Shown: positions 44,477 through 54,192 of the stretch, one piece after another
Layout: each line of letters starts with the position of its first letter
How positions within the stretch are numbered: the first letter of the stretch is position 1
Origin: Candidatus Latescibacterota bacterium
GTDB lineage: Bacteria; Latescibacterota; UBA2968; GCA-2709665
NCBI GenBank assembly: GCA_965203805.1
Contig: OZ241917.1
Coordinates: 2,805,718 to 2,869,717, forward strand
Length of the DNA: 64,000 nt
Direction of reading: 5' to 3'
Notes under the pieces: generated by a model
What the model saw: the letters and a program-made list of their open reading frames with translations, nothing else
What the model was told of the DNA's origin: nothing
Database searches by the model: none
Translations under genes and position numbers: made by a program

Positions 44477-45610
44477 TCAACCCCCGATGGCGAGCATCTC
44501 ATCCCTTCGATGATCGAACAGCGAGGGATCGTGTTCCTCCAGTTGGATTCGAGGGCGTACGCCGGTGTTGACGACGTTGTCGGGATGGGGCCAGCGGCCG
44601 CGGAGTACCGAGACGAGATTCTCCACGCCGGTGATCGCCACGTCCTGGCTGGCCTGTACCGAGAGGCCGGAGATGTGCGGGGTCAGGATCACATTCTCGA
44701 GCCTGGCGAGCGCGTGGTCGGGCGGCGCCTCCTGTTCTCCGAAGATCTCGATGTCGTCGAAGGTGTCCAGAGCGGCGCCGGCCAGATGGCCGCTTCGAAG
44801 GAGGCCGGCAAGGGCGCTCTCGTCCGTGATCGCGCCGCGGCAGGTGTTGATGAAAAAGGAGCCGGGTTTCATTTCCCTGAGGGTGGGCGCGTCCAGCAGG
44901 CGGTAGGTCTCCCGGGTGAGGGGCAGATGCAGAGAAACAAAGTCCGACTCCCCCAGCAGCGTGTCCAGGTCCACCATTCGGACGCCCAGGGCATCGGCCT
45001 CGTCCCGCGGCGCGCGCATGTTTTTCCTGGTGGCCAGCAGTTTCAGGCCAAATGGCTTCGCCCGTTGCACGACCGCTTTGGCCGAGGCCCCGAAACCGAT
45101 CAGACCGAGCGTGAGGCCGGAGATGCGATGAAGGCTGAGACCCTCTTCCCGCGCTGTCTGGAACCTGCCGGCGTAAAAGTGCCGTGACATTGTGGGAATT
45201 CGCCGGGCGAGGCCGAGCAGGCAGGCCATGACGTGGTCGGCCATCTCTTCGTTGCAGAACGTGGGGACGTTGGAGACGACGATGCCGTCACGCGTGGCGG
45301 CCTCCACGTCGATCTTGTCCGTGCCGTTGCCCAGACGGGAAATGATCGCGCATTTGGCGAGGCTCTTAATGACCGGTTCGGGAAGGGACGCCGACACGAC
45401 GGCCAGGGCGTCGCAATTCGCAACGCCCGCAATGATGTCGTCCGGTTCGTACGCGTCCACAAGGACAGGCGTGATACCATAGTGCCTGTACAGCGCCGTC
45501 TCGGTCGGATTTATCGGTATGACCTCGGCGTTGAGGCGGACGAATCGGATATCTTCGAAACCGGTACTGGGCATCGGAAAAATCGTCGCAAATGGACCGC
45601 GTCCGAGCAA
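44477..45610 (-). CDS. D-isomer-specific 2-hydroxyacid dehydrogenase (CtBP/PGDH-like)
   Basis: GLIGFGASAKAV (GxGxxG), NTCRG and LTPHISG. ATG 45574 is an alternative start. Confidence 0.85.
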   Translation of the reverse strand: MLGRGPFATIFPMPSTGFEDIRFVRLNAEVIPINPTETALYRHYGITPVLVDAYEPDDIIAGVANCDALAVVSASLPEPVIKSLAKCAIISRLGNGTDKIDVEAATRDGIVVSNVPTFCNEEMADHVMACLLGLARRIPTMSRHFYAGRFQTAREEGLSLHRISGLTLGLIGFGASAKAVVQRAKPFGLKLLATRKNMRAPRDEADALGVRMVDLDTLLGESDFVSLHLPLTRETYRLLDAPTLREMKPGSFFINTCRGAITDESALAGLLRSGHLAGAALDTFDDIEIFGEQEAPPDHALARLENVILTPHISGLSVQASQDVAITGVENLVSVLRGRWPHPDNVVNTGVRPRIQLEEHDPSLFDHRRDEMLAIGG

Positions 45611-45678
45611 CGGCGTATGCGGCCTGATTCAATCTCTAGAACGGATCAACTTGCGGAATGTTCGTCCCGTTCTCCCTG

Positions 45679-46092
45679 TTACCCTTGCGGCGTCGGCGCC
45701 TCCGGCGAAAGAAGAAGCAATCCCGGCACGGATGCAAAGTGGCGGTCCATCGAGGCCAGCCGCAGGCCGTGCTCCATGGTCTGAGCCGCAATCCAGATAT
45801 CGTTTGTCGGGATCGGGGTCCCGGCACGCCTCAACCCGTCCAGAATCTCGGCATAGAACTCGGCCGTATCAACGCTGACGGAGCATGTCTGCACGCGCGG
45901 CGAATCGAGGAATTCGGCCAGTTCATCGCGGTTCTTCTGCTCCCGGACCCCTCCTTTGAAGCCCGATAGCAACTCTCCGATACTGATCGAACTCATCACG
46001 ATTCGCGAAGCTCGCTGCAGCAGAGACACAACCGCCGGTTCCGCGCGCAGGGCGTGCGAGTAGATATTGGTGTCGATCAGGAATTCGTTCAC
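45679..46092 (-). CDS. vapC: PIN-domain toxin VapC
   Basis: N-terminal FLIDTNIY with later acidic residues. GTGA start/stop overlap with the upstream antitoxin gene. Confidence 0.85.
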   Translation of the reverse strand: MNEFLIDTNIYSHALRAEPAVVSLLQRASRIVMSSISIGELLSGFKGGVREQKNRDELAEFLDSPRVQTCSVSVDTAEFYAEILDGLRRAGTPIPTNDIWIAAQTMEHGLRLASMDRHFASVPGLLLLSPEAPTPQG

Positions 46093-46340
46093 TGCCAGAG
46101 TTCCGGATCGATGCGTCGCTCGGAGTCGATCTTTCCTTGGATCCGGGCAAACTCATCCTCGTCCCAACGTCCGAACAGGTGGTCCAGGTCGCTATGGACC
46201 CCGGTGAACCGGCGCGGCTTGTCCAATCCGAACTGCTGTCGCAATGCGTCCAGAGCCGTCTGGTTCATGCTCTTTCCTTCCCGCCTGGCCACCTCCCGCA
46301 ATTTGGCGGCGAGCCGGGGGTCCAGCCCGCGCAGGGTCAT
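46089..46340 (-). CDS. vapB: VapB-type (RHH/Arc-like) antitoxin
   Basis: MTLRGLDPRLAAKLREVARREGKSMNQTALDAL, a ribbon-helix-helix pattern. The gene is coupled to vapC. ATG 46340 is chosen over the longer 46418 ORF. Confidence 0.75.
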   Translation of the reverse strand: MTLRGLDPRLAAKLREVARREGKSMNQTALDALRQQFGLDKPRRFTGVHSDLDHLFGRWDEDEFARIQGKIDSERRIDPELWQ

Positions 46341-46395
46341 ACTCTTCTGAACATCAGCCAGGGCGCACTCCCTTCTTTTGCATGCAATCAATCTA

Positions 46396-46427
46396 TGATA
46401 TCGAAATGATATTATCATACGATATCA
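46396..46427 (-). promoter_or_regulatory. AT-rich nested palindrome upstream of vapBC (candidate VapB operator/promoter)
   Basis: TGATATCG (46396-46403) pairs with CGATATCA (46420-46427), and an inner ATGATA/TATCAT pair lies between them. The site is 56-87 nt upstream of the vapB start. Confidence 0.4.
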
Positions 46428-46728
46428 CGCCCCGCAGGTCAAGCGTAATCCGCTTGCCGCCTTCGAAACAACGGGCATCGACGGGATTCGGCGCAGGTGC
46501 TGCCGCTCCATCGTCGAGTTCCTCACAAGCTGCTTTAGAATTTCCAGTGAGGGAGACGACAACATACTGATTGGCCATCCTCAGGCGAACTTGATGCACG
46601 GCTCTGGCCAGACGTTCATCCGTGCGCTCCATACCAAGCGGCATTGAGCGGGCTGACATCGCGGGGCAGGCCGCCGCGTTAATGATTTTGTCGACACCGT
46701 GTCGAAGTCGAGATCGGCCGGCAGCGGT

Positions 46729-47553
46729 CTACAGTTTCAGGAACAGCCCGACTTCCCAGACAGGGGCATCGAGCAGGTTGTGGCTTCGCGTGAACCTCGA
46801 AATGCCGGCGGTAATTCCCGCGTTGGGAGAAACATGGAAATCGATCTGGGATCCAAAGGACAGGTACTCGAGATCGTTGCGCGGGTGAAACTCATCGTCT
46901 GCTCTGTCAAGGGCTTCGACCCCGCGGAGCCAGACCGAGACGTCTATTCGCTCGGCGATCGTATATCCAGCCTGCAGACTATATCGAAACTCGTCCGCGT
47001 AATTGTCATCGCGATTGTCACTGCTCTTTCGGTTGTTGTATCCGATCTCACCTATCAGATAGGTAGGTGCGGGATAGAGCGAATGGCCTACTTGAAGGGA
47101 AACATGTTGATTGAATTCGCCGTCGCCTGTCCAGAGGACGATATCCCCCCCCGATTCGCCCAGCGGTAATCCTGCCATGGCCTGCAGACTGACCACCGTT
47201 GGTCCCTTTGTCAGAATCCGGATCCTGACACCTGCGTCCCCATCGCCAACACCGGTCGTTGAATCGAACCCTTCGGCGTCCACGCCGAAGTGCGTATAGA
47301 CCGGCATGTAGCCCACCAGCGTCACCCGGTCAGTCACGCCGAATTCACCGTAAAGACTTGTCGTATAGCCGCTCACGGTCGGGATCTCGGTCTTCGATCC
47401 ATTCGCGACGAAAAGTGACTCGGCGCTGATTACCTGTTGGCTGAGTTTGAAATACCCCTTACCCTTCGGCTGCGTCCATCCGCCCGCGTGGGCGATGGAG
47501 AAATCGAAACTCATCACGCCCGTGAACAACGCGGCAAGAACAAACCTGTTCAC
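46729..47553 (-). CDS. outer-membrane beta-barrel protein (MetA-pathway/transporter-like)
   Basis: Signal peptide (..FDFSIAHA-GGW), alternating beta-strands, and a hydrophobic C-terminal strand WEVGLFLKL. Confidence 0.7.
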   Translation of the reverse strand: MNRFVLAALFTGVMSFDFSIAHAGGWTQPKGKGYFKLSQQVISAESLFVANGSKTEIPTVSGYTTSLYGEFGVTDRVTLVGYMPVYTHFGVDAEGFDSTTGVGDGDAGVRIRILTKGPTVVSLQAMAGLPLGESGGDIVLWTGDGEFNQHVSLQVGHSLYPAPTYLIGEIGYNNRKSSDNRDDNYADEFRYSLQAGYTIAERIDVSVWLRGVEALDRADDEFHPRNDLEYLSFGSQIDFHVSPNAGITAGISRFTRSHNLLDAPVWEVGLFLKL

Positions 47554-47571
47554 GTAATACTCCTTTGCTTA

Positions 47572-49827
47572 TCAATTGCCCAATGAAGCGCTTCCGACTT
47601 CACGGTTGATCAGCCTGCAATGAAGAATGAGGTGGCTCCATGAATCAATATTCTTTCCACTGGCAGGAGTAAACGTCCATGCCTTATTCCCCGACTCCCG
47701 TGTCACTTCACCAAATTCCACGGCGCCGGCAGGTAAAGAACCACGTATGGGCCAGTTAATACTGTTGCTGGTGTAGAGAGCCACGAACACATCCGGCGCC
47801 CCGTTCGGCGTTGACAATCCGGTAATGCTGAGTTTGAGCTTCCCGTCGGAAGTTTCGCTCAGCGTGACCGATCCACCTGATGAATAGTTGTTTCGACCGC
47901 TGATCGTACCGGTACGGCTTCGTGGCGCCGATTGGGTCACGGTCAGCGAAGCCGTACCGGATACGCCGTCCACCTTCGCCGTGATCGTCGTGGAACCGGC
48001 GTCCACCCCCGTTGCCAAACCGGACGCGTTGATTGTCGCCACCGAGGTGCTGCTGCTCGTCCAGGTGAAGGTCTTGCCGGATATCATCGTGTTGTCCGAG
48101 TCATAGGCGGTGGCGCTGAACTGGTGGGTCCCGCCCTCTTCGATTGATACGGACGATGGACTCACCGCGACACGGGCCACAACCGGCGGCGGCTCGGTCA
48201 CGGTCAACGCCGCCGTGCCGGATTTGCCGTCCACCTTCGCCGTGATCGTCGTGGAACCGGCGTCCACCCCCGTTGCCAAACCGGATGAGTTGATGGTCGC
48301 CACCGAGGTGCTGCTGCTCGTCCAGGCAAAGGTCTTGCCGGATATCATCGTGTTGTCCGAGTCATAGGCGGTGGCGCTGAACTGGTGGGTCCCGCCCTCT
48401 TCGATTGTTACGGACGATGGACTCACCGTGACACGGGCCACAACCGGCGGCGGCTCGGTCACGGTCAGCGTCGCCGTGCCGGATTTGCCGTCCACCTTCG
48501 CCGTGATCGTCGTGGAACCGGCGTCCACCCCCGTTGCCAAACCGGATGAGTTGATGGTCGCCACCGAGGTGCTGCTGCTCGTCCAGGTGAAGGTCTTGCC
48601 GGATATCATCGTGTTGTCCGAGTCATAGGCGGTGGCGCTGAACTGGTGGGTCCCGCCCTCCTCGATCATTACGGACGATGGACTCACCGCGACACGGGCC
48701 ACAACCGGTGGCGACTCGGTCACGGTCAACGTCGCCGTGCCGGATACGCCGTCCACCGTCGCCGTGATCGTCGTGGAACCGGCGTCCACCCCCGTTGCCA
48801 AACCGGATGAGTTGATGGTCGCCACCGAGGTGCTGCTGCTCGTCCAGGCAAGGGTCTTGCCGGATATCATCGTGTTGTCCGAGTCATAGGCGGTGGCGCT
48901 GAACTGGTGGGTCCCGCCCTCTTCGATCATTACGGACGATGGACTCACCGCGACACGGGCCACAACCGGCGGCGGCTCGGTCACGGTCAACGTCGCCGTG
49001 CCGGATACGCCGTCCACCGTCGCCGTGATCGTCGTGGAACCGGCGTCCACCCCTGTTGCCAAACCGGATGAGTTGATGGTCGCCACCGAGGTGCTGCTGC
49101 TCGTCCAGGCAAAGGTCTTGCCGGATATCATCGTGTTGTCCGAGTCATAGGCGGTGGCGCTGAACTGGTGGGTCCCGCCCTCCTCGATTGATACGGACGA
49201 TGGACTCACCGCGACACGGGCCACAACCGGCGGCGACCCGGTCACGGTCAGCGAAGCCGTGCCGGATACGCCGTCCACCGTCGCCGTGATCGTCGTGGAA
49301 CCGGCGTCCACCCCCGTTGCCAACCCGGATGAGTTGATGGTCGCCACCGAGGTGCTGCTGCTCGTCCAGGCAAAGGTCTTGCCGGATATCATCGTGTTGT
49401 CCGAGTCATAGGCGGTGGCGCTGAACTGCTGGGTCCCGCCCTCTTCGATTGATACGGACGATGGACTTACCGTAACACTGGCCACGACCGGCGGCGGCGG
49501 CTCGCAGGTCGTGCCGAATACTTCGGCAAAGAGCACAAAATCACGAAAGCCGATCGCGTCATTGCCGTCTATATCCATCAGCGCGTTGAAATTGGCATCG
49601 CCCGAAGAGGTGTTAAACACTGCGACAAAGGAAAGAAAGTCCGCGAATTCAACGATACCATTGTTGTCAAAATCAGCCTGACAGGCACGATTCCCGTCTC
49701 CGCCGTCGGAGATTAGATCGTGAGACACGACGGCCCTCGCGTTGGGACCGGCAAAGTCCGATGCTGAGAAGACGTGCAACAAAACGGCGAGAAGTAACAG
49801 CTTCCTGTTTGTCCTGTTCGTAAACAT
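47572..49827 (-). CDS. secreted protein: dockerin-like EF-hand pair, six Big_2 Ig-like domains, and a C-terminal DM13-like domain
   Basis: Signal peptide. DFDNNGIVEFADFLSF and DIDGNDAIGFRDFVLF. Six 87-aa repeats (VSPSSV.IEEGGT.QFSATAYDSDN...). C-terminus GGSVTLSETSDGKLKLSITGLSTPNGAPDVFVALY. Confidence 0.85.
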   Translation of the reverse strand: MFTNRTNRKLLLLAVLLHVFSASDFAGPNARAVVSHDLISDGGDGNRACQADFDNNGIVEFADFLSFVAVFNTSSGDANFNALMDIDGNDAIGFRDFVLFAEVFGTTCEPPPPVVASVTVSPSSVSIEEGGTQQFSATAYDSDNTMISGKTFAWTSSSTSVATINSSGLATGVDAGSTTITATVDGVSGTASLTVTGSPPVVARVAVSPSSVSIEEGGTHQFSATAYDSDNTMISGKTFAWTSSSTSVATINSSGLATGVDAGSTTITATVDGVSGTATLTVTEPPPVVARVAVSPSSVMIEEGGTHQFSATAYDSDNTMISGKTLAWTSSSTSVATINSSGLATGVDAGSTTITATVDGVSGTATLTVTESPPVVARVAVSPSSVMIEEGGTHQFSATAYDSDNTMISGKTFTWTSSSTSVATINSSGLATGVDAGSTTITAKVDGKSGTATLTVTEPPPVVARVTVSPSSVTIEEGGTHQFSATAYDSDNTMISGKTFAWTSSSTSVATINSSGLATGVDAGSTTITAKVDGKSGTAALTVTEPPPVVARVAVSPSSVSIEEGGTHQFSATAYDSDNTMISGKTFTWTSSSTSVATINASGLATGVDAGSTTITAKVDGVSGTASLTVTQSAPRSRTGTISGRNNYSSGGSVTLSETSDGKLKLSITGLSTPNGAPDVFVALYTSNSINWPIRGSLPAGAVEFGEVTRESGNKAWTFTPASGKNIDSWSHLILHCRLINREVGSASLGN
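47923..49494 (-). repeat. six near-identical in-frame tandem copies of a 261-nt (87-aa) unit
   Basis: Shadow ORFs on the + strand start at 48110, 48371, 48632, 48893, 49154 and 49415, which gives an exact 261-nt period. The protein copies differ at only a few residues. Confidence 0.95.
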
Positions 49828-50161
49828 GGCAGGCGCGTCCTGTTGTAATGGTTCGGGTCTGTAAAGCTTTGTTCGTGTTGCCGTCCGACGCTCCGCTCCC
49901 GTCCGTCGTCTACGCGGTCATGATCTGGATGATGTCGTTGCTGGTGACCGCGCCCATGAACTTATCCGAAACCCTGCAATCATCAGAATGGGGGTATCGG
50001 GTGAGAAACCAAACGCTGCGCCAGCTTCGTCATTGCGTTTTCCTCACTGGCAGATTGTAGAGGCAAGGCCTAACAGTCCGTTGATAAAGTCGCTCTGCTG
50101 GCCTGCCGGTGAAGTCTTGGCAGGCAGGTAACCCGGACGGGATTTTTCAACGGGCTGCTAA

Positions 50162-51223
50162 TCACCTAATCCGACCGCGCGCGTGTACCGGCCAGGTCGC
50201 TTCGACCATCCCGTTTCGGGTGGCAACCATTTCGTCGTGTTCGTTGACGCAGGGACAGGGGTGAACGGGAAGCACCTGCACGCGCTCGCCGATCTCCGGT
50301 TTGACCTGACACCGGGAAATATCCACGTGGCCGTGCTCTTCGGACGCGATTCCGATCAGGGCGTCGGGGTATTCGACGATATGCCCCATGCAGTCTCCCC
50401 GGTCGGTCTTGTAGATGGAGGCGCTCAACGCCTTGCTCCCCGCATCCAGAAACATACGGTCTCCGGTGGGCCTGCTCACCACGGTGGTGACCACCCGCAG
50501 CGCGCACTGCTCCAGGGTGTGTCGCCCTTCCGCAAGGTGCATGGCGCCGCCAACCGGATATTCGCCGGCGCGGTATTCCGTGAGTTCGGGGATTTCGTGC
50601 GCTTCAAGGGCGTGCGGGGTGCCGCCGCCGCTCACAACGTCGCGAGGAAGCCCGGCCCTGTCGAACCGGTCTATCGTCTCCTGGATGAGCGGTCTCGAAT
50701 CGGGCGGCGTGGGAAAGCCCATGAATCCCCTGAGTTCCAGTCCGGGAAGATCGTGGACGAGCTTCGCCAGTTCCGTGGCCTCCCGGGGCGTGGGTACGCC
50801 CGTGCGTTCAAACCCCATTTCCACTTCGATAAGGATGCCGATGGAAACGTCTTCAGAAGCGGCGGCGCGGGAGAGTCCCCTGACGGTGTATTCGGAGTCG
50901 GGTGCGAGGGTAATCGGCAGTCGTTTCGCCAGGGCGGTCAGACGGTCGAGTTTCTGTGCGCCCATGATATTGTACGGTATGAGCAGGTCGGTGTGGATGC
51001 CGCCCGCCGCCAGGACTTCGGCCTCCCCGAGCTTCTGGCACGTAAGGCCAATCGCACCGTGGTTCAGTTGCATATGGGCGACGGCCAGCGTCTTGTGGGT
51101 CTTGATATGGGGACGGAATCCGATGCCGTGTTCTCTGAAATAGCCGTGGTATCGCTCGAGGTTTTCTTCCAGCGCGTCCAGATTGATGGCCAGGAAGGGC
51201 GTGTCCATTTCGTCGATGCGCAT
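50162..51223 (-). CDS. PLP-dependent D-threonine aldolase/D-serine deaminase-like enzyme (alanine racemase N-terminal fold)
   Basis: DTPFLAINLDAL.. and the PLP-Lys motif RPHIKTHKT. ATG 51223 is preceded by GAAGGAG. The longer ORF to 51385 is rejected. Confidence 0.8.
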   Translation of the reverse strand: MRIDEMDTPFLAINLDALEENLERYHGYFREHGIGFRPHIKTHKTLAVAHMQLNHGAIGLTCQKLGEAEVLAAGGIHTDLLIPYNIMGAQKLDRLTALAKRLPITLAPDSEYTVRGLSRAAASEDVSIGILIEVEMGFERTGVPTPREATELAKLVHDLPGLELRGFMGFPTPPDSRPLIQETIDRFDRAGLPRDVVSGGGTPHALEAHEIPELTEYRAGEYPVGGAMHLAEGRHTLEQCALRVVTTVVSRPTGDRMFLDAGSKALSASIYKTDRGDCMGHIVEYPDALIGIASEEHGHVDISRCQVKPEIGERVQVLPVHPCPCVNEHDEMVATRNGMVEATWPVHARGRIR

Positions 51224-51566
51224 GCAGGGCTCCTTCGCCTGGAGTGGCCGGGTTGACCGCGGTGCCATTAAATAGCTTGCGCGCGGGCACAGGTCAAGGG
51301 ATTTCGAAGGGGAGCCCGCGGGAACGCTTTTCGCTTGACATGCGGCGTCCCCGGCCCAAAGTTTAGTGGCATAAATGAGCCTCATAAGCCTGTGGATCGG
51401 CTTCGCGGCGCCCCGTTGCCGGATTCCCGCGACCGACGACCGCCCGGCTTTCGTGCGATCATGGGCTGTTGACCCGCAACATCAGGTTGGATAGGTTTCC
51501 TGTAGAACGGTCCTCGCTGTCGACTCGATTTCCAAAAAACGGATGCCCGGCTCGTGGAGTAAGGCT

Positions 51567-54029
51567 ATGAAAAACCTGACCTGTCGTTGCGGCCCCTACC
51601 GTCCGGTCCGACTGTGTGTCTGGCTGTGGGTTCTCGCAGTTGCCGTGGTGCCTGAAACACCCGCGGGTGAGCAGTCTGAATCTTCCATTCGACCTGCCGC
51701 GCGCGACTCCCTGGTTTCCGTGTCCGAACAACACGTGCATTCGGGTGATTACGCGGAAGCTGCCCGGATTCTCGGGCAGCTCGTCGAGGCATTTCCGAAA
51801 CACGTCGACCTCCTGACGCGCCAGGGGAACGCCCTGCTGAAAGCGGGGGACTTCGAATCCGCCATCATTGCATTTGAATCGGCGAAGAAACTCGACTCCG
51901 ACCTTCCAGGCACGTACGTGGGGCTCGGACTCGCCAGATTACGAAACTCGGGAAGAGGGTTGGAGGCGTTTTTCAACTTTCGCCAGGCCGTGGGTGAAGC
52001 CAGGACCGCCATCGAGATCAACGCCGCATACGGGCCGGCATACCGGCTCCTGGGGGAGGCCTACGGACGATTTGAAGAAGACCACGAAAAGGCCCTGGGC
52101 TACTATTCGACGTACATCGAGCTGGAACCCGACAATCCCGAAGGGCGCTACGAATTCGGACTTTCGCTGGTCCAACTCGGGCAATTCGACAAGATCGACG
52201 AATACATTACCCCCTTAATCGAGACGCACCCGGCGGAAACCCGGCTGCTTCCACTGGCCGCGCAGGCGCATTTCTACCTGGAACGGTTCGGACGGGCCCT
52301 GGAGCACTTCGACCGGTATCTGCAGACGCTGGACCCCGAGGAGCGCAGTCTCTATACAGACATCTCACTGGTCGCCTCCGCGGAGGAACTCGAAGCGTAC
52401 CGGGCCGCCGCAGGAGAGGAAAAGGAGACCTTCCTCAAAAGGTTCTGGCTGAAGAGGGATTCCGACATCCTGACAGCGATCAACGAACGGGTCATCGAAC
52501 ACTATCGCCGCGTCTGGTACGCCCGGACCTTCTTCGCGACGGGCGCCAGCCCCTGGGACAAACGCGGTGAGGTCTACATACGTTACGGAGAGCCCGATTT
52601 CCGGTCCCGGTCAACCCGCAGGCAATTTGTGCAGAATCCGAAAGTACAGGCCGTCCGCGACCGGATGGCCGTGGCTCTCTACGGAGACGAAGCCGCGCTG
52701 ATGACGTTTACAGGCCCCGTGTTTCCGGTTCGCGCGAATCGCAGCCACCTGGAGGCCACGCTCTTCGACGAGAATGTCATCGCGGATGCAGCCGGCGCGA
52801 CAACGGCTGACGACGACGTTGGCGTCGACGCCTCCCAGGTGTCAGCGCAGGCGGAAAACGAATACAACCCCATGGACATGATCAGGGAAGACAGCCGTTT
52901 CGACGAGTTCGGGAATCTGAATACCCGCCTCAATTTCGGCGGGTACGCCCCGGTCACACTGGACAATGAGGTCGGAACCGTCCCCTGGGAGACCTGGACG
53001 TACACACGTATCGGGAACGGCATGGAATTCACATTTACCGACGAGCGAGGTACCGGCGCGTTCGACTTCGCGCCCATCCCGCCACCATCGCTGGACACGG
53101 ACGTTTCGCGGCTGGCCCGGTTTACGGAATACGCCCCGCGCGTGGTTTTTCGCAACGCGGTCTCCCGCATGCCCGACGTCTACCGTCCCAGGTTTCACCA
53201 TCCCCCGCTGGACTTCTACTTCGATCTCGCCAGTTTTCGGGCTCCGGAGGGCGGGACCACGCTGGAAGTCTACTACGGGATACCCGCCGCACAGGTGAGG
53301 GTCGGACAAAGGCGCGATGTGTCGTACATCCAGGTCAGGTGCGCGCTTGCCCTGGCCCCGGCGGATTACAGCGTTATCCATCGAACGTCTTCCAGCCGCG
53401 CCTACAGGGTCGCGAGCGATTTCAGCGGCGCACAGAAAGCGTTTATGCCGGAGCTTCTCAAACTCCAGGTCCCGCCCGGGAAATACGACCTTCAGGTTCA
53501 GATCAAGGATCTGCTTTCCGGCCACAACGGCATCTACCGGCAGACGGTGGATGTGAAGGAATATCCCGAGGACCGGCTTCGGATCAGCGATATTCAACTC
53601 GCCGCCACGATTGGTGAATCGAAGCTGCAGGAGCGTTTCAAGAAGGGAGACGTGTGGGTTGTGCCCATGCCAACCCGGAACTACCGGGGCGCCCAGCAGG
53701 TATTCGCATATTACGAGATATACAACCTGAAGAAGGACCGTTTCGGCCAGACGCGCTTCAAGGTCAAGTACGTTGTGCGATACGTCTCGAAGCCCATCCG
53801 AGGGGCGCTCGGCTCGGTGGCGTCCGGTCTCCGCTCGCTATTCAGAAGCAAGCGACCCTCGGTCTCGATTTCGTACGAACACGAGGGTACCGACCCGAAC
53901 GAGCAGGGTTACCTGGAATTCGACCTCGACAAGGTGAAACACGGCGTGAATGTGCTTGAAGTCGAAATAAAGGATCTTGTCAGCGGCAAGAGCGAGGAAC
54001 GCGAAATCCGCTTTCAGTACGGCGGTTGA
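51567..54029 (+). CDS. TPR-repeat + GWxTD-domain protein
   Basis: Signal-like N-terminus and several TPR-like helical pairs. GWxTD-family motifs KRGEVYIRYGEPD and VPWETWTY. ATG 51567 follows GGAG. Confidence 0.75.
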   Translation: MKNLTCRCGPYRPVRLCVWLWVLAVAVVPETPAGEQSESSIRPAARDSLVSVSEQHVHSGDYAEAARILGQLVEAFPKHVDLLTRQGNALLKAGDFESAIIAFESAKKLDSDLPGTYVGLGLARLRNSGRGLEAFFNFRQAVGEARTAIEINAAYGPAYRLLGEAYGRFEEDHEKALGYYSTYIELEPDNPEGRYEFGLSLVQLGQFDKIDEYITPLIETHPAETRLLPLAAQAHFYLERFGRALEHFDRYLQTLDPEERSLYTDISLVASAEELEAYRAAAGEEKETFLKRFWLKRDSDILTAINERVIEHYRRVWYARTFFATGASPWDKRGEVYIRYGEPDFRSRSTRRQFVQNPKVQAVRDRMAVALYGDEAALMTFTGPVFPVRANRSHLEATLFDENVIADAAGATTADDDVGVDASQVSAQAENEYNPMDMIREDSRFDEFGNLNTRLNFGGYAPVTLDNEVGTVPWETWTYTRIGNGMEFTFTDERGTGAFDFAPIPPPSLDTDVSRLARFTEYAPRVVFRNAVSRMPDVYRPRFHHPPLDFYFDLASFRAPEGGTTLEVYYGIPAAQVRVGQRRDVSYIQVRCALALAPADYSVIHRTSSSRAYRVASDFSGAQKAFMPELLKLQVPPGKYDLQVQIKDLLSGHNGIYRQTVDVKEYPEDRLRISDIQLAATIGESKLQERFKKGDVWVVPMPTRNYRGAQQVFAYYEIYNLKKDRFGQTRFKVKYVVRYVSKPIRGALGSVASGLRSLFRSKRPSVSISYEHEGTDPNEQGYLEFDLDKVKHGVNVLEVEIKDLVSGKSEEREIRFQYGG

Positions 54030-54192
54030 CGGACAGCCGCCGCGTGATTCAGACGATCATGGCGCTCGGCAGGGTCTGCGTGGTGCTGAAGACGCGCCGC
54101 AATCGTTCCATTACTGTGCTACCACCATCCGGACGAGGACCCACCCCGGTTTTCTTCTGCACGCTAACGGGAAGATTTGTCTCCGTTGACGC

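Noticed and set aside
46393-46659. 88-aa minus-strand ORF between vapB and the OMP gene
   Set aside because: It has no recognisable motif or obvious Shine-Dalgarno site, and its 3' end overlaps the vapBC palindrome/promoter region. It cannot be excluded as a small protein, but it is unsupported.
48110-49681. Ladder of six 85-88-aa + strand ORFs spaced 261 nt apart
   Set aside because: They are a mirror image of the six tandem Big_2 repeats encoded on the minus strand, not independent genes. The array is also not CRISPR: there are no unique spacers, and the 261-nt units are contiguous and in-frame within one CDS.
51224-51385. N-terminal 54-aa extension of the D-Thr-aldolase-like ORF
   Set aside because: The internal ATG 51223 has a GAAGGAG Shine-Dalgarno site, and family homology begins there (MRIDEMDTPFL..).
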